A stretch of 32,000 nt of DNA, taken from Pleomorphomonas diazotrophica. Lineage in GTDB: Bacteria > Pseudomonadota > Alphaproteobacteria > Rhizobiales > Pleomorphomonadaceae. The stretch is taken from contig NZ_PJNW01000016.1 in the NCBI RefSeq assembly GCF_002844595.1, positions 827 to 32,826 on the forward strand, given 5' to 3'. The notes under the pieces are model-generated. The model made no database searches. It saw nothing but the letters and a program-made list of their open reading frames with translations, and had not been told where the DNA came from. Shown here in pieces: positions 25,924-32,000 of this stretch. Every line of letters begins with the position of its first letter. Position 1 is the stretch's first letter. Both the position numbers and the translations under genes were made by a program.

Positions 25924-26916
25924 TCAGTTGTCCTTGCAGAAGCCAGGATCTTCCGTGTTGCAGACGTCGAGGCCGGTGAACAACGGATCCTCCACGCTCT
26001 CGCCCTTGATCAGCTGGATCATCACGTCGGGCGCCTTGTAGCCCATCTCGAAGGGCCGCTGGCCGACCTGGGCATGGCTGCGCCCCTCCCGGAAAGCCTG
26101 GGCCTGCGGCGGCAGCGTGTCGCCGGCGACGATGATCAGCTCCTTGGACTTCAGCTTGGCCATCACCTGGTCGGTCACCTGGGTGTAGGCCTGCGGCGCA
26201 AACTGCGCCCAGCCCCCAACAAGAATGAAGGCGTCGAGGTCCGGATTGGCGGTGAACACGTCCGACATCTGCTGATTGGCGAGATCGGCCTGGTCGTTGG
26301 TGTAGACCGGGCAGCCGGCGATCTCCGTCCAGCCGTTCTGTCCCGTGAGGCGGTCGACACCCTTGACACCGGCGATCGTATCGCGGAACCCTTGGGCACG
26401 GGCGTTGATGTTGGCAGCAGCAACATTGCCAAGCTGGAGGCAAACCGAGCCTCCCTCCGCCTTCAGCTTCTTGGCCTCCTCGGCCATCTTCACGCCCATC
26501 AGGTAATTGTCGGTTCCGAGATAGGTCTTGCGAAGATCGTGGTCCTTCTCGAGGAAGTCCGCGTCGACGGTCATCACGGGAATGGTTGGAGCGATCTCGC
26601 GTATCCGGTTTGCCATTGCCGGCGCATTCGATGGCGAGATCGCGATCGCGGCAACGCCTCGCGAGAGAAGATCGTCGACGATCTGCACTTCGCCTGCCTC
26701 GTCGGCGGACGATGCCGGACCGGTATAGAGGCATGCGTATTCGCTGTCGGGATTCTCCGACAGCCACTTCTTGCATCCGAGGTTGATCTGCTCGAAGAAC
26801 GGATTATCGAGACCCTTGACGACAATCGCCAGCGTCTTCTTGTCCTGGGCGGCCGTTTCTCCTGCCAGAAGCATGAGGACGGGTATCGCCGTACCTGCCA
26901 AGACTTTGATATCCAT
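25924..26916 (-). CDS. Sugar ABC transporter periplasmic binding protein (PBP1), copy A, cysteine-containing
   Basis: ORF 25924..26973. ATG 26916 is preferred because GGAGGAGGAAAC lies upstream. Signal peptide ...LLAGETAA/QDK. VVKGLDNPFFEQI motif. Five Cys residues, including INLGC, EYAC and a C-terminal VCNTEDPGFC pair. Confidence 0.85.
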   Translation of the reverse strand: MDIKVLAGTAIPVLMLLAGETAAQDKKTLAIVVKGLDNPFFEQINLGCKKWLSENPDSEYACLYTGPASSADEAGEVQIVDDLLSRGVAAIAISPSNAPAMANRIREIAPTIPVMTVDADFLEKDHDLRKTYLGTDNYLMGVKMAEEAKKLKAEGGSVCLQLGNVAAANINARAQGFRDTIAGVKGVDRLTGQNGWTEIAGCPVYTNDQADLANQQMSDVFTANPDLDAFILVGGWAQFAPQAYTQVTDQVMAKLKSKELIIVAGDTLPPQAQAFREGRSHAQVGQRPFEMGYKAPDVMIQLIKGESVEDPLFTGLDVCNTEDPGFCKDN

Positions 26917-26957
26917 TGCCGTTTCCTCCTCCAAACCCCCGGCGAAAGCCCTCATGC

Positions 26958-27938
26958 TCAGCCGGGATACCAAATGATGCGGGGATCATTCTCCGCGCGG
27001 CGGTAGCTCCAGGCGCGGTCGATAAGCCCGGAGAGATCGATGTCGGGCGTCCAGCCGAGCACCTTGCGGGCCTTGGAGTTGTCGAGCCAGTTGCTGTGAA
27101 ACGATGTCTCGACGTCGCAAGGGGCAAGATCTGCGACCCGGGCGGCGAGGTCGGCGGCTCGCCGGTAGTCGACCGGTTCGTTCATGGCGATGTTGAAGAG
27201 CTCGCCGAAGGCCTTTTCGTTGTCGATGCTGGCCAGGATCGCGCGAACCAGATCATCCACGTGGATGAAGCCGCGCTTCAGCGGTCGCCCTTCCGCATCC
27301 CGCATGACCGGGAAAGCCCGTTGGCATCGAAGCTGGGCAAGGCGCTCCGGCTCGACGATCTCATCCCAGGAAGGTCCCCCGAACTGCGCGTCCGACAGAT
27401 CAAAGGCGAACCGAAAGTCGTCCTTCTCCATGACCCAAGGCGCTCTCAGCGTCGTCCAGTTGAGGCCATACTGGATGCCGAATTGCTCCAGCATGACCTC
27501 CTCGAGAACCTTGGTGAGGGCATAGCTGCCTTTATAGGCCTTGCGAGGGGACTGCTCGGTGATCGGGTCGGCATATTTCTGGAAGACATGTCCGACGACG
27601 CAGTCACCGCTCAGCAAGATGAACTGACGCGCATCCGCCTTGTGTCGGAAACCTTCGAGCAGAAGGAAGAGCCCCTTCAAGGCCACGTCGATGGCCCGAT
27701 CCGGGCTTTCCTTGACCGCGGCGAGATGCAGCACATGGGTCACGCCGTCGAGAGCTCGTGAAACCGTCTGCGCATCAGCGATCGACCCCTGCACGACAGA
27801 CAGTCTGGCACGCGTCTCCACCGGCCGATTGTTGCAGAGCGCGACCACATCCCACCGCGAGAACCGCGGCTCATCGAGGAAGGCTGGCAGGAAGACCTGA
27901 CCAACCTTTCCGGACGCGCCAGTCACAAGCAGCTTCAT
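26958..27938 (-). CDS. NAD-dependent epimerase/dehydratase-family (extended SDR) protein
   Basis: 326-aa ORF with Rossmann motif VTGASGKVG and catalytic YALTK (YxxxK). GGGAGG upstream. It is the first gene of the minus-strand transporter operon. Confidence 0.85.
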   Translation of the reverse strand: MKLLVTGASGKVGQVFLPAFLDEPRFSRWDVVALCNNRPVETRARLSVVQGSIADAQTVSRALDGVTHVLHLAAVKESPDRAIDVALKGLFLLLEGFRHKADARQFILLSGDCVVGHVFQKYADPITEQSPRKAYKGSYALTKVLEEVMLEQFGIQYGLNWTTLRAPWVMEKDDFRFAFDLSDAQFGGPSWDEIVEPERLAQLRCQRAFPVMRDAEGRPLKRGFIHVDDLVRAILASIDNEKAFGELFNIAMNEPVDYRRAADLAARVADLAPCDVETSFHSNWLDNSKARKVLGWTPDIDLSGLIDRAWSYRRAENDPRIIWYPG

Positions 27939-27957
27939 TCGCGCCTCCCTTCTTTCC

Positions 27958-28020
27958 CGTTGACCATTTAATGTTTAGTAATAATATTAAGTCAAGACGC
28001 GATTGATAATATTTATAGCC
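27958..28020. promoter_or_regulatory. AT-rich divergent promoter/operator region shared by the two sugar-transport operons
   Basis: + strand: TTGACC (27960-27965), N16, TAATAT (27982-27987). - strand: TTGACT is the reverse complement of 27990-27995. The two -35-like hexamers form the outer arms of an inverted repeat, TTGAC...GTCAA. Confidence 0.4.
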
Positions 28021-28083
28021 GGCATGACCTCCGGCCATTGATCGGGGTCGCGTCGGTTGGGAGAACAACGGGAGGAGTCAGCA

Positions 28084-28824
28084 GTGACGCGACTGAAACT
28101 TGAAGGGATTTCAAAACACTATGGGGCAATCCAAGCGCTGTCGGCGGTGTCTCTGTCGATCGCGCCCGGCGAGGTGCTGGGCCTCATGGGAGACAACGGC
28201 GCTGGCAAGAGCACACTGGTGAAGATCATCGCTGGGAATTTTTCGCCATCTTCCGGCGAGATCCGGATCGATGATCGCCCGGTCGCCTTTCATAGTCCCC
28301 GCGATGCACAGCGTGAGGGGATAGAGGTCGTCTACCAGGACCTCGCCCTGTGCGACAACCTTTCGGCCGCGTCCAACGTCTTCTTGGGGCGTGAACCGGT
28401 AAGGCGGGTCGGTCCGGTCGCATACGTCGATTATGCCGAGATGAACCGCGTATCAGCGAGGCTCTTCAGCCGCCTCAAGTCGGAGACGCGGCCGCGCGAT
28501 CTCGTCCGGCGCATGTCCGGCGGGCAACGTCAGGCGGTGGCGATCGCCCGCACCCTTCTGTCGGAACCGAAGATCGTCATGATGGACGAGCCGACGGCCG
28601 CCATCTCGGTGCGCCAGGTGGCCGAGGTGCTGGACGTCATCCGCCGCCTCAGGGATCACGGCATCAGCGTCATCCTGATCAGTCATCGCATGCCGGATGT
28701 GTTCGCCGTCTCCGACAGGATCGCTGTCCTGCGGCGTGGGGAACTCGTGGCCAACAAGAAGGCTGCCAACTCTTCGCCAGAAGAGGTCACCGGTCTCATC
28801 ACCGGCGCGATCCAGGCGGCGTAA
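28084..28824 (+). CDS. Sugar ABC transporter ATP-binding protein, single NBD (FrcA-like paralogue of 8258..9058)
   Basis: ORF 28057..28824. GTG 28084 is preferred because GGGAGGAG lies 6 nt upstream. Walker A GDNGAGKST, MSGGQRQAVA, Walker B VMMDEPTAAI. Confidence 0.9.
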   Translation: MTRLKLEGISKHYGAIQALSAVSLSIAPGEVLGLMGDNGAGKSTLVKIIAGNFSPSSGEIRIDDRPVAFHSPRDAQREGIEVVYQDLALCDNLSAASNVFLGREPVRRVGPVAYVDYAEMNRVSARLFSRLKSETRPRDLVRRMSGGQRQAVAIARTLLSEPKIVMMDEPTAAISVRQVAEVLDVIRRLRDHGISVILISHRMPDVFAVSDRIAVLRRGELVANKKAANSSPEEVTGLITGAIQAA

Positions 28825-28837
28825 CGGAGGAAAGCCG

Positions 28838-29827
28838 ATGACCACAGTTGACGACGTCATTTCGACGAGCGAGCACAAGAACTGGTTTTCACGGATCACA
28901 AGCCTGCAGTCATTTTGGGTGTTCATGGCAGCTATCGTCGCCTGCCTTGCACTCACCTTCCTCACGGATTCCTTTGCGAGCGAGAGAAACCTCTTCAACG
29001 TCGCCCGGAATTTCGCCTTCGTGGCGATCATCGCCATCGGCATGACGGCGGTTATCGCATCCGGCGGCATCGACCTGTCGGTTGGGTCGAGCGTGGTCCT
29101 GAGCGCCATGGTCATCAGTATCACGATGGCTGCCGGTTCGCCCTTCTGGCTGGCCGCCGCTCTGGCGCTCGGGGCCTCGCTGCTGGTCGGTCTGCTCAAT
29201 GGACTGCTGGTGGCCTATGCCGGAATGCCGGCATTCGTCGTCACACTCGGTACCCTGTCGGCCGCGCGCTCTCTCGCAATGGTGCTGTCCGACAACAAGA
29301 TGATCTGGGAGTTTGGTCCCGATCACAACGTCCTCCTGTGGGTCGGCGGCGGCTCGACACTCGGCGTTCCGCATCCACTTTTCGTACTGACGGCCCTAGC
29401 CGTGTTGATGTCTTGCATCTTCAGGTGGACGCGCTGGGGCCAGCATCTCTTTGCGATCGGCGGCAACGAAAACGCGGCCCTTCTGACCGGAATCCCCGTG
29501 CGACGCATGAAGGTCAGCATCTACATGTTTTCGGCTTTCACCGCCGGGCTTGCCGGCATTCTGATGGCGGGCTGGCTCGGCAGCGTCACCACCAATCTCG
29601 GACAGGGGATGGAGCTGACGGTCATCGCGGCAGCCGTCATCGGCGGCGCCAATCTCGCCGGCGGCGAAGGCAGCGCATTGGGCGCGGTGGTCGGAGCGCT
29701 GCTGATTGAGGTCATTCGCAACTCCCTGATCCTACTTGGCATCTCGACATTCTGGCAAGGAATGTTCATAGGTACCTTCATCGTGGTCGCCGTCGCCTTC
29801 GATCGTGTCCGGCATTTCAGGTCCTGA
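28838..29827 (+). CDS. Sugar ABC transporter permease (CUT2, FrcC/RbsC-like)
   Basis: In-frame part of ORF 28697..29827. ATG 28838 follows GGAGGAAAG. Multiple TM helices; AAVIGGANLAGGEGS motif. Confidence 0.9.
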   Translation: MTTVDDVISTSEHKNWFSRITSLQSFWVFMAAIVACLALTFLTDSFASERNLFNVARNFAFVAIIAIGMTAVIASGGIDLSVGSSVVLSAMVISITMAAGSPFWLAAALALGASLLVGLLNGLLVAYAGMPAFVVTLGTLSAARSLAMVLSDNKMIWEFGPDHNVLLWVGGGSTLGVPHPLFVLTALAVLMSCIFRWTRWGQHLFAIGGNENAALLTGIPVRRMKVSIYMFSAFTAGLAGILMAGWLGSVTTNLGQGMELTVIAAAVIGGANLAGGEGSALGAVVGALLIEVIRNSLILLGISTFWQGMFIGTFIVVAVAFDRVRHFRS

Positions 29828-29855
29828 AGACCGGGCCGCTGCGCTGGCGACCAGG

Positions 29856-30875
29856 ATGCTTGCCGGGGAGACTGCCTTGAAACCGACGATGATGGATGTT
29901 GCCGCGCTGGCGCGCGTATCTCAGGCGACAGTCTCCCTCATTCTCAACGGCAGCTCGGGCGCCCGCTTCAGCGAAGCCACTCGAAAGCGGGTTTTGGATG
30001 CAGCGCAGGAGCTCGGATACCGTCTTTCCAGCAGATCGGTGGCATCGGCGAACTCGAACAGCAAGGTGATCGTCTTCGCCGTTGACGAGCTCACCACGGA
30101 TCCATGGATGTCACTGGCCTTCGAGGGGGCCCGCGAGAAGGCGCTGGAGCTTGGCATCAGGGTCGTCCTTGGGGTCTTTCGGCAGGACGAGGATCCCGAG
30201 GGAAGCATCTTTTCCGTCTCCGACAGCCAGTCCTTGGTGGGCTATATCTTCGGGACGATCCTTACGCGCAAGATCGACCCACCCGAGCCTCTCTTCAAGG
30301 TGCCGTCAGTTCTGGTCAACTGTTACGATCAGCAACGACGCCTACCCTCGATCTTGCCGGGCGATGTGGCGGGAGGGCGCGCGGCAACCGAGCGGCTGAT
30401 CGCGGCCGGCTGCAAACGCATAGCGTTGATCAACGGACAGGAAGGATTGGACAACCCGCGCGACCGCCTGCGAGGCTACAAGCAGGCCCTCGCGAGCAAC
30501 GATCTCGCCTACGACCCGGAGCTCGTGCATTACGGGAACTGGGAACCTTCGTCCGGCTACGAGAAAACGCACGCCCTGATGAAGCTGCCGGATCCGCCGG
30601 ACGGCATATTCTGCGCCAATGACCTTATGGCGCTTGGCTGTATCGAAGCCCTGAAGGAAATCGGAAAGACCATCCCGTCCGACGTCGCGGTCGTCGGCTT
30701 CGACAATCGCGACATCGCCCAATTCACGTTTCCGCCGCTCACGACCTTCCACCTCCCCATGTTCGAGATGGGCGGAATGGCGGTCGAGATGATGACCGAC
30801 ATTGCCGGCGGCCTGAACAGCTCGCACGATCAGCTGAAGGTGGAATGCCGTCTGGTGGAACGACAATCCGCTTGA
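29856..30875 (+). CDS. LacI-family transcriptional regulator
   Basis: ORF 29805..30875. The start is uncertain: GTG 29805 would overlap the permease end, and I list ATG 29856. HTH is MMDVAALARVSQATVSLILNG. The periplasmic-binding-like effector domain contains IFCANDLMALG and VVGFDN. Confidence 0.85.
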   Translation: MLAGETALKPTMMDVAALARVSQATVSLILNGSSGARFSEATRKRVLDAAQELGYRLSSRSVASANSNSKVIVFAVDELTTDPWMSLAFEGAREKALELGIRVVLGVFRQDEDPEGSIFSVSDSQSLVGYIFGTILTRKIDPPEPLFKVPSVLVNCYDQQRRLPSILPGDVAGGRAATERLIAAGCKRIALINGQEGLDNPRDRLRGYKQALASNDLAYDPELVHYGNWEPSSGYEKTHALMKLPDPPDGIFCANDLMALGCIEALKEIGKTIPSDVAVVGFDNRDIAQFTFPPLTTFHLPMFEMGGMAVEMMTDIAGGLNSSHDQLKVECRLVERQSA

Positions 30876-30959
30876 AACCATAGTCCCGGGTGGTGACCTC
30901 GAGACCGACATTCTCTGGAAGGACTGATTTAGTCTGCAACACCCGATCCTTCCGCGCCG

Positions 30960-31730
30960 TCAGACTTGAAGCGTGAAGCGGATAGGAGCGAAGCCTTCGA
31001 TGGTGGCGACCGCTGTCTCGCCTCTAGCGATGGGGTGGCCGCCGCCGAAAGCGCCAGTGGTCACCACATCGCCCTTCTTCAGCGGATGCCCGACCGCCGC
31101 GAGCGCGTTGGCGAGCCATGTCAACGCATGCGCGGGATGGCCGGAGGGATGGCCGCCTTTCTGGTCCACCACGGCGCGCCCTCCAACTTCGAGCCGAACG
31201 GAAAGGTTGGCGTGCACGCGGGTGCTCCAGTCCGCGGCGACAGGGCTGCGAACGAGCCCCCAGTTGCTCAGGAAGTCGGCACGGCTCAGTAGGGGGGACG
31301 GTTTCGGCTCGGCGGCGAGACGGGTTTCCAGGATCTCGAAGGCGACAAAAGCCCCCTCGACCGCCTCACCGACCTCGCCCGCCGAGTAAGGGGTGCCATC
31401 TGCCTTGCCGGGCAGATCGCGGGCAAACAAGAAAGCCACCTCGGCCTCGACCTTGAGATCGGACAGTGAATAGCCAACGGCGGCGGGCGCCTCATAGATG
31501 CGCTCGGCTAGAATGGGCGACCAGGCGCCGGCGGCATCGCCCACCTGCAGCACCTTGTAACCGCCGATCGGCCCGAGGCGACCGGCAACGGCGAGTTGCA
31601 CCGCATCGGCTGACGCGCCATCCTTCGGAACAAGGCCGCCTATCGCCTCAGGCGTGAGTTTTGTTCCCTTGCTGCGCGCCTCAATCAACAGATCGACCAG
31701 CGCGGCGACGGACCTACTATCCTGACACAC
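30960..31730 (-). CDS. 2-keto-4-pentenoate hydratase / 2-oxohepta-3-ene-1,7-dioate hydratase family protein (MhpD/HpcG-like, FAH superfamily)
   Basis: 256-aa ORF with a GTG start and GGGAG about 9 nt upstream. VEAEVAF, PLKKGDVVTTG and the C-terminal beta-rich region are typical of this hydratase family. Confidence 0.65.
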   Translation of the reverse strand: MCQDSRSVAALVDLLIEARSKGTKLTPEAIGGLVPKDGASADAVQLAVAGRLGPIGGYKVLQVGDAAGAWSPILAERIYEAPAAVGYSLSDLKVEAEVAFLFARDLPGKADGTPYSAGEVGEAVEGAFVAFEILETRLAAEPKPSPLLSRADFLSNWGLVRSPVAADWSTRVHANLSVRLEVGGRAVVDQKGGHPSGHPAHALTWLANALAAVGHPLKKGDVVTTGAFGGGHPIARGETAVATIEGFAPIRFTLQV

Positions 31731-31816
31731 CTTTGAAACTCCCTGTCCCGAACCAGCAGCCGGATCGGCTGATGGTCATTGTTCGTCAAGAACATGTCTC
31801 ACGAGGCTTTCACCGC

Positions 31817-32000
31817 TCAGTTCCGACCGCCATCCGACGTGGGCGGAGAATGGCGCGACATGCGAAGGTCCAAAAGGCCACCGCCAAACAAGCGGTCGCG
31901 CGAATGCTCGAGATGAGCCCGCATCAACGCCGCCGCTTGCGGACCGTCGCCCGTCGAGATCGCGGCAAACAGGCCGGCATGCTCCGCCAGCGTCTCCTCC
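31817..32000 (-). CDS. GntR-family regulator, C-terminal FCD domain only (N-terminus beyond window end)
   Basis: My reverse-strand translation from 31999 gives EETLAEHAGLFAAISTGDGPQAAALMRAHLEHSRDRLFGGGLLDLRMSRHSPPTSDGGRN, with stop TGA at 31819-31817. The H..I..AI..GD...A...M..HL pattern is typical of FadR-type C-terminal domains. Confidence 0.6.
   Translation of the reverse strand, partial: EETLAEHAGLFAAISTGDGPQAAALMRAHLEHSRDRLFGGGLLDLRMSRHSPPTSDGGRN

Noticed and set aside
27983-27990. Palindrome TAATATTA and neighbouring short AT palindromes as a LacI operator
   Set aside because: An 8-bp AT palindrome in an AT-rich island is expected by chance. It also lacks the central CG and the 14-20 bp symmetry typical of LacI-family operators.
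30917-30953. ggaagga...tccttcc inverted repeat between the convergent LacI and hydratase genes, considered as a bidirectional terminator
   Set aside because: The 7-bp stem has a 23-nt loop and no flanking T/A tracts. Support is insufficient.

Overview
GC-rich, gene-dense window with 31 protein-coding genes, two of them cut by the window edges. It looks like an accessory carbohydrate-utilisation region of an alphaproteobacterium, probably Rhizobiales/Hyphomicrobiales-like; that placement is an inference from the protein families and from CTTGAC-type promoters. I saw no rRNA, tRNA, CRISPR array, transposase or integrase. Left to right: (1) a minus-strand, translationally coupled trio of LpxH-like metallophosphoesterase (PlcP-like), GT21/ceramide-glucosyltransferase-like lipid glycosyltransferase and DedA membrane protein, which resembles a phosphate-stress membrane-lipid remodelling module with an extra DedA gene. 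(2) A ROK regulator divergent from a ribulokinase-like FGGY kinase, followed by an FrcBCA-like sugar ABC transporter. (3) A DeoR regulator divergent from a six-gene operon of Tat-signal CUT1 binding protein, two permeases, an ADP-dependent-kinase-family (archaeal ADP-GK/PFK type) sugar kinase, a MalK-like ATPase and a DhnA/FbaB-type class I aldolase-like protein. This is my best candidate for an uncharacterised catabolic system. (4) A polar amino acid (cystine-type) ABC transporter. (5) A DUF883/ElaB-like gene preceded by an EcfG-type general-stress promoter motif, followed immediately by the ligase-associated exonuclease and an ATP-dependent DNA ligase. (6) Two divergent sugar-transport operons that share one AT-rich control region. 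One encodes SDR, two binding proteins, a double-NBD ATPase and a permease. The other encodes a single-NBD ATPase, a permease and LacI. (7) An MhpD/HpcG-type hydratase and the 3' end of a GntR(FCD) regulator. Most other long ORFs in the six-frame track are antisense or out-of-frame shadows typical of high-GC DNA. All functional calls rest on motif and family recognition by eye; no database search was possible.
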